Assembly: GCA_021787475.1 (NCBI GenBank)
Contig: JAJYLW010000012.1
Location: forward strand, 3,074 to 67,073
Length of the DNA: 64,000 nt
Direction: 5' to 3'
DNA from: Actinomycetes bacterium
GTDB taxonomy: Bacteria > Actinomycetota > Thermoleophilia > BMS3ABIN01
The position numbers were made by a program, and so were the translations under genes. The notes under the pieces are model-generated. The model saw only the letters and a list, made by a program, of their open reading frames with translations. It did not search any database and was not told the origin of the DNA. Positions 37,341 through 46,467 of this stretch are shown piece by piece. The number at the start of each line of letters is the position of its first letter. Within the stretch, counting starts at the first letter, position 1.

Positions 37341-38570
37341 TCACTTTAGCTCCGTAAACAGTTTCAGGTAATCCCTGAGCAGCCTCGGAGCAAGAAAATT
37401 GGCGCGCACATGCTCTTTGCCGGCCCGGCCCATTTCCTTCGCCTCCTCCGGATGGTCAAGCAGCCACATTGAGCGCTCGGCGCATTGCTCGACCGAGTCC
37501 ACCAGAAAGCCGGTCCGGCCATCCTCGATCTGGGTGGGGATGCCGCCGACATTGCCGCCCACGGTCGGCTTGACCTTCCAGAGTGCTTCGCTGACCGTGA
37601 GTCCGAATCCTTCCCGGAGCGATTTCTGGATGACAACATCGGCACGTGATTGAAATGCATTCACCTCCAGATTGCCAACGTTATTGAGATTTGACAATAT
37701 GAGCACGTCGCCGTCATCACCGGCATGCTCGACCGTGTTGGTGAAAAAGCTCCATCCCTCCGGGTCATCGGTCGCCATTGACCCCACCAGCGCCAGCTGC
37801 ACCGAGGCAAACTCTTTCTTCACCATCTTGTAGGCGTCGATCACGCCGAGCGGATCTTTCCAGGGATCAAACCGGGAGACCTGCAAAAGCAGTGGCGGCC
37901 CTGGCTCCAGCCCGAACTGGCTGACCACATAATCAGCATCTTCCGGTGAGAGAGCCATGTTCTTCGTTGACAGGGGGTCAATCGCCGGCATGAATACGCG
38001 CACCGGAATATTGAGTCCTGACAAAATGTACCCTTCGATGCTGAAAATGGCGGTGTCATAAAGCTGAATGTGAGGGAGCAGGTAATCGGCAAGCTGCCGG
38101 TGGGGTGAAGACGTGTCGATATGGCAGCGCCAGACCCAACTGGCTCCCAGGTCCCCGGCAAAATGGCGCAGCAGCAGCGGCTGCGGATCGTGGACGACAA
38201 TGAAATCAAACCCGCCGCCGAGAGACTGGGCGGCGAGCCGGCTCTGCTCTTCGTAGACCTCTGTTTGAGTTGCATTCAGGCCGGAAGAGCTGCCCTGCAA
38301 GCAATTGTGAATAACCTTGGTTGCTTCGTAAAATTCCTGGGGCGCCATGATTACGCGCCAGTCCGTGTCCAGGCCGACATCCCGCATCAGCGGCACCAGC
38401 GTATAGAGGATCTCGGCGACGCCGCCGCCAAACGAAGTAGCGTTGATATGAAGGATCCGTTTTCCCTTCAGGGGCTCGGCCAGGTCCCTGATCTCCTCGA
38501 TCAGCGGTTTTACCACCACGCTTTGATAGTCGGCCAATGACTTATGGCCGACATGAACTTCTTGCAGCAA
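37341..38570 (-). CDS. treT: Trehalose synthase TreT-like GT4 glycosyltransferase
   Basis: NATSFGGGVAEIL, HDPQP, WRCHID, QVSRFDPWKDP, QKSLREGFGLTVSEA. Confidence 0.85.
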   Translation of the reverse strand: MLQEVHVGHKSLADYQSVVVKPLIEEIRDLAEPLKGKRILHINATSFGGGVAEILYTLVPLMRDVGLDTDWRVIMAPQEFYEATKVIHNCLQGSSSGLNATQTEVYEEQSRLAAQSLGGGFDFIVVHDPQPLLLRHFAGDLGASWVWRCHIDTSSPHRQLADYLLPHIQLYDTAIFSIEGYILSGLNIPVRVFMPAIDPLSTKNMALSPEDADYVVSQFGLEPGPPLLLQVSRFDPWKDPLGVIDAYKMVKKEFASVQLALVGSMATDDPEGWSFFTNTVEHAGDDGDVLILSNLNNVGNLEVNAFQSRADVVIQKSLREGFGLTVSEALWKVKPTVGGNVGGIPTQIEDGRTGFLVDSVEQCAERSMWLLDHPEEAKEMGRAGKEHVRANFLAPRLLRDYLKLFTELK

Positions 38571-38687
38571 AAAACGTCCTCCTTAAGAAACTTGAGATCC
38601 GTTGAAGACAATTGCCGGGCCGGGCCGCATCCGGGCTTTCAATAAATATTGGCGGCATGATCAATTGCCACAAGCCTGCCGGCGGCT

Positions 38688-39758
38688 TCAGACAGCTTCC
38701 CGGCGCCCCTCGCGCGCGGCCGGTGCCTGCACAATGTTCAAATCTTCACCACAGAAGGCGCAGTAACCTTCCCTGACATTCATTTCCTCGACCCGGTAGC
38801 CGTCCCGGCGTACAACCACCCGCCTGCAGTTTGGACAAACTGTATTCTCTGCCGGATGCCCGGGAACATTGCCGATATAAATAAACTTCAGCCCCTCTTC
38901 GCGTCCGATCTCCATCGCCCGCTCCAACGTTTCAATCGGCGTTGCCGGCAGGTAATCCAGCTCCAGGTAAGGATAGAAGCGGGTCACGTGCCAGGGCGTT
39001 TTCTCACCCAGCCTGGCGGCGATCCAGGCGGCAATTGAGCGCAGCGTTTCCTCATCGTCATTTATCGTCGGGATGACATTTGTTACTATTTCGACATGGC
39101 AGCCGTGCTTGTGCCTGGCGGCCACAGCCGCATCGAAAATGGGCTCAACATTCTTCAGCTTCGCCAGGAACCTGTATGTTTCAGGCCGGAAGCCCTTGAT
39201 GTCAACACGGTAAGCGTCAAGCAGCGGCCCCACCAGGTCCAGGGATTCCTCGGTGATATAGCCATTCGTGACAAAGACAGTGTACTGGAACGGCTGATGC
39301 CCGTGGCAGGCGCGGGCGCCGTCGATCGGGTATTCCAGCCAGATAGTGGGCTCGTTATAGGTCCAGGCCACCCCGCGGCAGTCGTTGTTTTCCGCAACGG
39401 CCGGCAGTTTTTCCGGCGGCAGGTCGCGGAGCTGATCGCTCTCCTGGAGGGCGTCGGCATGCGCGATCTGCCAGTTCTGACAGTGGATGCAGCGCATGTT
39501 GCAGCCAAGGGTGCCCAGTGACAGCACTCTCGTGCCGGGATAAAAATGAAAAAGAGGCTTCTTCTCGATCGGGTCGGCGACAACCGTGCAGACCTTGCCG
39601 TAAATGAGAGTATAGCATTTGCCGCCGATGTTCTTCCGGGTCTGGCATATTCCCAGACGCCCCTCGGCGATGATGCAGAGGCGGGGGCAAACATTACACT
39701 TAACCTTGCCGTCAGGGCGCCTCTCGTATAGCAGTCCTTCGTGAAGGGTGGTAGTCAC
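38688..39758 (-). CDS. amrS: AmmeMemoRadiSam-system radical SAM enzyme
   Basis: CNVCPRLC, DPIEKKPLFHF, GCNMRCIHCQNW, YNEP, YIGNV, CPNC/CAFC. Confidence 0.9.
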   Translation of the reverse strand: MTTTLHEGLLYERRPDGKVKCNVCPRLCIIAEGRLGICQTRKNIGGKCYTLIYGKVCTVVADPIEKKPLFHFYPGTRVLSLGTLGCNMRCIHCQNWQIAHADALQESDQLRDLPPEKLPAVAENNDCRGVAWTYNEPTIWLEYPIDGARACHGHQPFQYTVFVTNGYITEESLDLVGPLLDAYRVDIKGFRPETYRFLAKLKNVEPIFDAAVAARHKHGCHVEIVTNVIPTINDDEETLRSIAAWIAARLGEKTPWHVTRFYPYLELDYLPATPIETLERAMEIGREEGLKFIYIGNVPGHPAENTVCPNCRRVVVRRDGYRVEEMNVREGYCAFCGEDLNIVQAPAAREGRREAV

Positions 39759-39810
39759 TTTTTATGATTGATCGGGATTTACCTTGATGGCATCGAGTGG
39801 TTGCTGCCCT

Positions 39811-40779
39811 CTAAAACGCCTTTCCAAACTTGTCTTTCAGCCTGCCAATGCCTGCGTCGACAGCGGCGACCACCTGCGCCGCCAGCTCAGCATTTGCGGC
39901 CGCAATGCAGGACATTTGATATTCCGCCCCCGAGCCAAGCAGAAGGCGGCTGTCCAGCGGCCGCCCGCAGCCGTCAGCAAAAAATATGCCGGCTTCGCGG
40001 GCAATCAGCCCGGCCGCGGCCAGGTCATGAGGAGAATTGTTGAGCACCGCCCCCTTGCCCACTTCCTCGAACAGTCTCTTGGTTTCGGGAACCTCATCAA
40101 TCATCCTCGGCCCGATGTCAACATAGGCGTCAAGCTGCCCGGTGAGGATGCGAGTGATGGAAAAAGTGGCGCTGCCCAGGTCAAACACGGCGCCATCAAC
40201 TGAAGAACGGTCGACAAGATCTCCCAGGGTCTCGATCAGCGCCCGCGCCGGACGGCCGCGAAAGCCTATCGTCCAAAAAAGGCGGTTCAGTTCGGTATTT
40301 TCTGACAAATTGACCGGTGCCGCTTCGCCGCCTGGCGCCGTGATTGTAACGCCGCCGTTGCGGACTGCGGTAAAAAGGGCGCCGCTCTTGATCTCCCGCA
40401 GGCAGCCAAAGACAACGTCGCCCATCGTTGGCTTTTCCTTAAGCTCGGCAACCGCTATCGAGACCATTGCCCCTTCCAGCCCCGCGGCGGCGGGGCGGGT
40501 GCCGTCAACCGGATCGACAATGAGGATATGCTCCGGCTCGCCAAACTTGAGCAGGCCCCGGTCTTCCGAGTACATGGCCACATTGGCCCCCTGATCCTCC
40601 AGATAACCGACCAGGAAGTCTTCCGCGACCTCATCAATGGCAAATGTTACGTCGCCGCCAATAGCGGTGCCGGCATGAACGCGGGCCTCAGCCCGGCCCA
40701 GCTCAGGCAATACCTTCTTCCTGATTGCCGCCGAGAGCTCGACCGTCATGTCCTGGATGTTGATAGAGGCGCGGCTCAC
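39811..40779 (-). CDS. Inositol monophosphatase / FBPase family protein
   Basis: GDVTFAID..AE, SED, DPVDGT, DLAAA..IAREAG. Confidence 0.85.
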   Translation of the reverse strand: MSRASINIQDMTVELSAAIRKKVLPELGRAEARVHAGTAIGGDVTFAIDEVAEDFLVGYLEDQGANVAMYSEDRGLLKFGEPEHILIVDPVDGTRPAAAGLEGAMVSIAVAELKEKPTMGDVVFGCLREIKSGALFTAVRNGGVTITAPGGEAAPVNLSENTELNRLFWTIGFRGRPARALIETLGDLVDRSSVDGAVFDLGSATFSITRILTGQLDAYVDIGPRMIDEVPETKRLFEEVGKGAVLNNSPHDLAAAGLIAREAGIFFADGCGRPLDSRLLLGSGAEYQMSCIAAANAELAAQVVAAVDAGIGRLKDKFGKAF

Positions 40780-40801
40780 GGCGGATAGTATACCTTATTT
40801 A

Positions 40802-40858
40802 GAGCCTGTCTCAGTAGGCAACTCGTGGCGAGGTCGAGCGAAGGCCATCGCTCTCGCC
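40802..40858. repeat. MITE-like structured repeat, copy 2 (partial)
   Basis: GAGCCTGTCTCAGTAGGCAACTCGTGGCGA aligns without gaps to 7141-7170; internal hairpin. Confidence 0.6.
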
Positions 40859-40861
40859 GGT

Positions 40862-42025
40862 CTAGGCGGCGCCGAGGATGGGGAAAACTTTCTTTTGGAT
40901 CAGCTCGATCGACTTGCGCGCGGCCGCGCGGGCTTTTTCCTGATCGCTTGGCGGAATGGGCGGCGCCTCTTCCCTGACCAGGTATGCCGGCGCCGGCCCG
41001 TGCTCGAACCGGGCGCACGCCTGCCGCCATTCTTCCGGGATGCGATCGTCAAGCTTTCTGCCGGCAATCACTGACGCCAGTACGGTCCAGGCGCGCGGCA
41101 CCGTCGTGTAAGCCTGGTAACCACCGCCGCCCAAAGCCAGCCAGCGGCCGGCGGCAAATTCGTGGACGAGCCTGTGCTCGCGGCGGAAAAGCTCCTGAAA
41201 GCCGGCCATCGTCAGAGCAAGGTGGGAAAGCGGATCGGACCAGTGGGCGTCGCAGCCATTCTGTGTTACCAAGATGTCGGGCGCAAATGCGCGCGCGAGG
41301 GGGAAAACCAGCTCGTCAAACACCTCAAGGTAGATTTCGTCGCTGGAGAAAGGAGAAAGCGGCACGTTAACAGCGTAACCGGCTCCTTCACCCCTGCCGG
41401 TATCTTCTGCAAATCCGGTGCCAGGGAAAAGGCAAGCGCCCGATTCATGGATTGAAACTGTCAGCACCTGCGGATCGTCCTCAAAGGCATACTGAACGCC
41501 GTCGCCATGATGCGCATCGATATCCAGGTAGAGGACGCGGGCGACTTGGCGGGCCTTAAGATCGGCAATCGCGATTGCCGGATCGTTATAGATGCAGAAG
41601 CCGGAAGCCCTTGCTCTGAGCGCATGGTGGAGGCCGCCTCCCATGTGAAAGGCGTGGGCAATTTCGCCGTCCACGATTTTGCGCCCGGCGACCAGGGCGC
41701 CGCCAACGGCAATGGCGGCAGCCGTGTGCATGCCAGCAAAAACGGGATTGTCGCCGGTCCCCAGGCCCCAGCCGTAGCCGGCCAGGCCTTCCGCCCCGGC
41801 GACGCTATTCTCTTTGACTTTTTCAATATAGGCGCGGTCATGGACAAGCGCCAGCTCATCATCCGTAGCCGGCCCGGGCTCAACCAGGCGCATAACGTCC
41901 AGCAGGCCGTAGGCGCGAATGAGTTCATAGGTCAGAGCCAATCTCACCGGCTTCATTGGATGCCAGGGACCGAAGTCGTATTTCTGGTAGCTGCCGCTGT
42001 AGATGAGGGCGGAGGTATGGGGCAT
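40862..42025 (-). CDS. acuC: Acetoin utilization protein AcuC / Zn-dependent deacetylase
   Basis: HPMKPVR, GTGDNP, GGLHHA, SGFCIYND, DIDAHHGDG, FPGTG, GGGGY. Confidence 0.92.
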   Translation of the reverse strand: MPHTSALIYSGSYQKYDFGPWHPMKPVRLALTYELIRAYGLLDVMRLVEPGPATDDELALVHDRAYIEKVKENSVAGAEGLAGYGWGLGTGDNPVFAGMHTAAAIAVGGALVAGRKIVDGEIAHAFHMGGGLHHALRARASGFCIYNDPAIAIADLKARQVARVLYLDIDAHHGDGVQYAFEDDPQVLTVSIHESGACLFPGTGFAEDTGRGEGAGYAVNVPLSPFSSDEIYLEVFDELVFPLARAFAPDILVTQNGCDAHWSDPLSHLALTMAGFQELFRREHRLVHEFAAGRWLALGGGGYQAYTTVPRAWTVLASVIAGRKLDDRIPEEWRQACARFEHGPAPAYLVREEAPPIPPSDQEKARAAARKSIELIQKKVFPILGAA

Positions 42026-42029
42026 GGCG

Positions 42030-42070
42030 TCGCGTTTCACGTCTCGCGTCTCGCTTTCACGTTTCGCGAA
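42030..42070 (-). repeat. 7-bp-period array (RACGYGA on minus strand)
   Basis: tcgcgtt tcacgtc tcgcgtc tcgctt tcacgtt tcgcgaa. Confidence 0.75.
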
Positions 42071-42072
42071 AA

Positions 42073-42101
42073 ATTATAGGGGCTATTGACTGCCTGTCAA
42101 T
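42073..42101 (-). promoter_or_regulatory. Consensus sigma-70 promoter for acuC with an overlapping inverted repeat
   Basis: TTGACA-N16-TATAAT on the minus strand; ATTGAC-N5-GTCAAT at 42085-42101. Confidence 0.75.
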
Positions 42102-42144
42102 TAATTCTTAAGGTTTTACAGGTTTTATCCGCTTTTATAAATGC

Positions 42145-42171
42145 GCAGAGACGCGCTGGGCGCGTCTCTGC
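42145..42171. repeat. REP-like hairpin / possible htrA terminator
   Basis: GCAGAGACGCG-CTGGG-CGCGTCTCTGC. Confidence 0.6.
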
Positions 42172-42252
42172 CAAACGACATTCCTGCTGGAGCAAACAGT
42201 TATGTCTGAGTTGATTTAAGCGGTTTTGCGAACGCTGATAAACTCCGCTGAA

Positions 42253-43461
42253 TCATCCAGTCGGCCGCTGGCCAAGTGTAAGGTCTGTGTCATGTGAATC
42301 CTTGCCGCGGGTATAAGTCACCTTGATTTTATCCCCGGGCTTTTTCTGCACCAGGTAGGCAGTAATGTCTTCCATGGAGTTCATTGTCTGGCTATCAATT
42401 GCCGTGATTATGTCGCCCTGCTTCAGGCCGGCCTTGTCCGCCGGGCTGCCCGACTGAACCTCTGTCAGCAGCGCGCCGTGGTCCACGGAAAGCGCCTGTG
42501 TCTTGGCCAGATCTTTATCGACCGTTTGACCCACAACCCCCATGAAAGCGTACTGCACGTGCCCCGTCTTGATGATCTGGGCCTCCACCTTTTTGGCGAT
42601 ATTGATCGGCACGGCGAAGCCGACGCCCTCGGAGCCGCCGCTGGTTGTCGCAATCTGCTCGTTGAGGCCGATGACTTCTCCGCGGGAATTGAACAGCGGC
42701 CCGCCGCTGTTGCCGCGGTTGATGGCGGCGTCGGTCTGGATAGCATTATTGATCGTAAAGCCCTGCTGCGGCGATTCAACTGTGCGGTTGACGGCGCTGA
42801 CAACTCCTGCAGTCAGTGAACTCGAGTAGACGCCGAAGGGACTGCCAATCGCAACCACCGGCTCGCCCACTTTCAGCTGGTCAGAGTCCCCGAGAACAGC
42901 CGGCACCAGATTGAGTCCCTTTGGATCCACTTTCAGCACGGCGACGTCGCTGCTGGTAAGGTCGTAGCCGACGACCTGCGCTTGCGCTGTCTTGCCGTCC
43001 CTGAACTTGACCTGCACCTTTGAAGCCTTTTCCGCCGGCGAGCCTCCAAATCCGCCCTGCTGGATGTCGCCGGTATTTGCCACTACATGGGCATTGGTCA
43101 GGATATAGCCATCTTTAGAAGCCACAAAGCCGGAACCGACTCCCTCCTGGGCCGGTTGCTGGCCGGTGTTAAAGAAACCGCCCTCGCCGCCCTGGGCCTG
43201 GAAGGTGGAATCGACCTCCACGGCGGAGTCGCCATACTTCTGGAAAATCTGCTCGGCGTTCATTGTCGTTCCGGCCGGCGGCGCCGACGCCTGCGTAAAT
43301 TCCCGCGGCGCTGCCGCCCCTGTCTGCGCCGGCTGGGCCGGTGCAGCCGCCTGATTGCCGAGGCCGCCGATGTGAAGGGCAAAAGCAAGCAGCAGGAATA
43401 TGGCCGCTCCGGCAACCCCTGCCGCTGTGTTGTTAATTAAACTTAGAATCTTGTCTTTCAT
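42253..43461 (-). CDS. htrA: HtrA/DegP-family serine protease with one PDZ domain
   Basis: TNAHV, DVAV, QTDAAINRGNSGGPL, GFAVP, SPADKAGL. Confidence 0.95.
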   Translation of the reverse strand: MKDKILSLINNTAAGVAGAAIFLLLAFALHIGGLGNQAAAPAQPAQTGAAAPREFTQASAPPAGTTMNAEQIFQKYGDSAVEVDSTFQAQGGEGGFFNTGQQPAQEGVGSGFVASKDGYILTNAHVVANTGDIQQGGFGGSPAEKASKVQVKFRDGKTAQAQVVGYDLTSSDVAVLKVDPKGLNLVPAVLGDSDQLKVGEPVVAIGSPFGVYSSSLTAGVVSAVNRTVESPQQGFTINNAIQTDAAINRGNSGGPLFNSRGEVIGLNEQIATTSGGSEGVGFAVPINIAKKVEAQIIKTGHVQYAFMGVVGQTVDKDLAKTQALSVDHGALLTEVQSGSPADKAGLKQGDIITAIDSQTMNSMEDITAYLVQKKPGDKIKVTYTRGKDSHDTDLTLGQRPTG

Positions 43462-43577
43462 AAATGCTACCTATATCAAAAATGAGCGCCGGAGGAAAAT
43501 TTGATGATTGTCTGATGCCTCATACCGTACTGTAAACCATTATACTCGCTACGGAACAAACTCCAATATAGAACCGG

Positions 43578-43602
43578 TTAAGAGAAATTAAGAAATGTTA
43601 AG
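43578..43602 (-). promoter_or_regulatory. Three direct repeats (CTTAA, 10-bp period) upstream of htrA
   Basis: TTAAG at 43578, 43588, 43598; TATATT -10-like box just downstream on the minus strand. Confidence 0.55.
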
Positions 43603-43761
43603 TTGACATATCTACAAAGCATGCCAGAAAAAACCGGATTCCTTGATTCTGGATGCTGGATTCCGGGCAAACATTCATCCAGCGATTGCCGCCTAACGCC
43701 AGGAACTGGCCCAAAGGGCAAGCGCCCGGCCGAGAGCAGCCGAAGACGCCTGATGGGGCTC

Positions 43762-45540
43762 TTACATGGGAGCGCCAGCCCGGACAGGCGAGCCATTTGC
43801 CGGCAGGGTGACTGTGAAAGCGGCGCCGCTATCCGCGCATTCTGCCACAATATTGCCATTCATCAATCTGGCAAGCTCGTAAGCAATCGAAAGGCCAAGA
43901 CCGGTTCCCCGCACCCGGCCGGCGCTGCGGCCGCGGTAAAATCGCTCAAATACGCGGTTCAATTCCTCTTTTGGAATCCCGGGACCCTGATTGGCCACGG
44001 TAAAGATGACCGCCCCGTCGTTGGCGGCGCCCCGGACCGTCACCGTTGAATGCGGCGGTGAGTATTTAAGGGCATTGTCCAAAAGGATCCTGACCAGCTG
44101 CGCAGTCCGGTCCCGGTCACAGATTGCCGCCAGGCCGCCAGGCAGGTTCGCTGTGTCAACGCGGGGATCGCTGTTTACCTGCTGGGCGGCAAACTCCCTG
44201 GCGACGGAATCGACGACCTCCTTAATCCCGACCCGGGTAGCATGGACGCTCATGGCGCCGGAATCCATCCGCGACAGATCAAGCAAGTCGCGCGCCAGGC
44301 CGGCAAGCCGGTCAACCTGTTCCCGCATGGTGGCAATAAACTCTTTCTTGGTTCGCTCTTCGACATCTTCGTCCTGCAGAATCTCAAGAAATCCGCCTAA
44401 TGAGAACAGAGGCGTCTTCAGCTCATGCGAAGCATTGGCAATGAAATCGCGGCGGGAACGCTCGAGTTTCACCTCCTGGCTCACATCCCTGATGACAATC
44501 AGTGATGACAATTCAGCCTGATCGGAAAGAAATGAGCTGCGCGCCGCCAATGCCTGCTCCCTTTCCAGCACAAACGTATCCTCCCGCTGCGGGTGTTCGG
44601 CGCTCATCGAGTTCCAGAGATCGAAAATTTCCTCAGGCACGCACTCGCCGAGAGGCGACGGCGGTCTGATCTCTTTGCCCAGAAGCCGCTCCGCAGCTGG
44701 ATTGGCGACGATGACCAGCCCTTCCGTATCGATGCCGATCACGCCCTCGCTGAGGTCGTCGAGCAGCAGCTTGGCCCGCTTTTTCTCCACATCTATCCGC
44801 GCGAAAGCTGAGCCCAGCTTGCTGCCCATTTCGTTAAAGGCGCCTGCCAGCTGACCCAGTTCATCCTGCGACCCAACCGGCACTTTGGTGTCGAAATCGC
44901 CCTGGGCGATCTGCAGGGCTCCCGCTTCGATGCCCCGAACCCGCCGCGCCAGGAAATGAGAGACCAGGTAAATCGCCACCAGCGCCAGCACCAGGGCCAC
45001 ACCGGCTGCAATCGCCAAAAGCCTCTGTACCAGCGAGACGGCCGATTCGACGCCGCTCATGGACTGCGAGACCACGATAACGCCGACGACACGGCTGCCG
45101 CTGGCCACCGGCACCGCCGACATGGCGTACTTCCGGCCGTCGTTCAAGTTAACAACGTTAGTGAGGGGACTGCGCTTATAAATGGCGCTCTTGGCAATAG
45201 AATAGTCGTTTGGATTATAAGCCTGGCCTTTAAGCGAATCCGCCACCAGGTTGCCGGCGCTGTCCATGAACAGGATGCGGGCGTCCGCCCTTTCCGCATA
45301 CTCCTGGGTGAGCAGGTCCAGGTAAACGGGTGACGCGCCCTGGTTTTCAGCCGCCAGAAAGCTCTCCGAGAACAGACTGGCGTATCTGCCAACGTCTGAC
45401 TTTTTCTGATTGGTGAGGTTATTCTCAAGCTGGGGAACGACAGCCAAGTAAATAATCGCTACCACCATCACAAACACCAGCGAGAAGATGAGGCTGAGGC
45501 GGATGGCTATGCTGAAGCGGATTTTATTTAGTATCGACAT
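43762..45540 (-). CDS. Sensor histidine kinase (HAMP, PAS, HisKA, HATPase)
   Basis: DELGQLAGAFN, SHELKTPL, LLDNALKY, FERFYR, GTGLGL. Confidence 0.95.
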   Translation of the reverse strand: MSILNKIRFSIAIRLSLIFSLVFVMVVAIIYLAVVPQLENNLTNQKKSDVGRYASLFSESFLAAENQGASPVYLDLLTQEYAERADARILFMDSAGNLVADSLKGQAYNPNDYSIAKSAIYKRSPLTNVVNLNDGRKYAMSAVPVASGSRVVGVIVVSQSMSGVESAVSLVQRLLAIAAGVALVLALVAIYLVSHFLARRVRGIEAGALQIAQGDFDTKVPVGSQDELGQLAGAFNEMGSKLGSAFARIDVEKKRAKLLLDDLSEGVIGIDTEGLVIVANPAAERLLGKEIRPPSPLGECVPEEIFDLWNSMSAEHPQREDTFVLEREQALAARSSFLSDQAELSSLIVIRDVSQEVKLERSRRDFIANASHELKTPLFSLGGFLEILQDEDVEERTKKEFIATMREQVDRLAGLARDLLDLSRMDSGAMSVHATRVGIKEVVDSVAREFAAQQVNSDPRVDTANLPGGLAAICDRDRTAQLVRILLDNALKYSPPHSTVTVRGAANDGAVIFTVANQGPGIPKEELNRVFERFYRGRSAGRVRGTGLGLSIAYELARLMNGNIVAECADSGAAFTVTLPANGSPVRAGAPM

Positions 45541-45560
45541 TTAAACCACCAAGGCGCACA

Positions 45561-45626
45561 GTGGGGGCGACCCGCCGGGGCCACCCCTGCGGGACGTGAA
45601 AACAGGCAGGGGCGCACGCCGTGCGC
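45561..45626. repeat. Two degenerate GTAG-type REP-like palindromes
   Basis: GTGGGGGCGACCCGCCGGGGCCACCCCTGC and GCAGGGGCGCACGCCGTGCGC. Confidence 0.45.
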
Positions 45627-45628
45627 TA

Positions 45629-46339
45629 CTACTGGATATCTCTGAACTTGTACCCTGCGCCTCTCACCGTAAATATGTATTCGGGATCATGTGGGTCAGG
45701 CTCAATCTTTTCCCGCAGGTGACGGATGTGAACGTCAACGGTGCGCGGGTCCCGGAAATCCGAGTCCCCCCAAACCAGCTGCAGCAAGACCTCCCTGCCG
45801 AAAACGCGCCCCGGATGACCAACCAGCGTCTTGAGCAGCTCAAATTCCTTGTACGTTAGATCAACTTTCTCGTCACCGACATAAACATTCCGCTTTGGAA
45901 AATCGATTCGCAGCCTTTCCAGGTCGATTATCTCCCTGGCCAGCTCGGCGGGCCTGCCCACCATCTGAGCCCGGCGCAGCTGCGCCTTTACCCGGCTGCG
46001 AAATTCCCTGATGCTAAACGGCTTTGTGATGTAATCGTCGGCGCCGATCTCAAGACCCAGCACCTTGTCAAACTCATCGGACTTGGCGGTGAGCATGATA
46101 ATGGGAACGGTGCTCTGGGCCCTGATCAACCGGCAAACATCAATGCCGCTCATGCCCGGAAGCATGATATCAAGCACGATCAGGTCAAACTGCTGCTGAT
46201 TAAATTTCTCCAGCGCTTCTTCGCCGTCGCGCGCCTGGACTATCTGGTATCCTTCTTTCTCCATAGGATAGGTAAGCAATTTCTGGATGGCCTCTTCGTC
46301 GTCCACCAGAAGTATCCTGGGAGCATTGCTTTCGCTCAA
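45629..46339 (-). CDS. OmpR/PhoB-family response regulator
   Basis: VDDE, LDIMLP, MLTAK, GADDYITKPF, RTVDVHIRHLREK, TVRGAGY. Confidence 0.96.
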   Translation of the reverse strand: MSESNAPRILLVDDEEAIQKLLTYPMEKEGYQIVQARDGEEALEKFNQQQFDLIVLDIMLPGMSGIDVCRLIRAQSTVPIIMLTAKSDEFDKVLGLEIGADDYITKPFSIREFRSRVKAQLRRAQMVGRPAELAREIIDLERLRIDFPKRNVYVGDEKVDLTYKEFELLKTLVGHPGRVFGREVLLQLVWGDSDFRDPRTVDVHIRHLREKIEPDPHDPEYIFTVRGAGYKFRDIQ

Positions 46340-46433
46340 ATTGTTCCTCCTTAAAAGCCCTCATCATTGATTTTAGACCTCGGTATCACACGCCACAAGC
46401 ATAAAACCGGACAATGGACCGCTTCCCCGTCTT

Positions 46434-46467
46434 TCCAAAATCCAAAGTCCAAGTCCAATATCCACTA
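46434..46467 (-). repeat. 7-bp-period array (TTGGA on minus strand)
   Basis: tccaaaa tccaaag tccaag tccaata tccacta abutting the stop codon. Confidence 0.7.
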
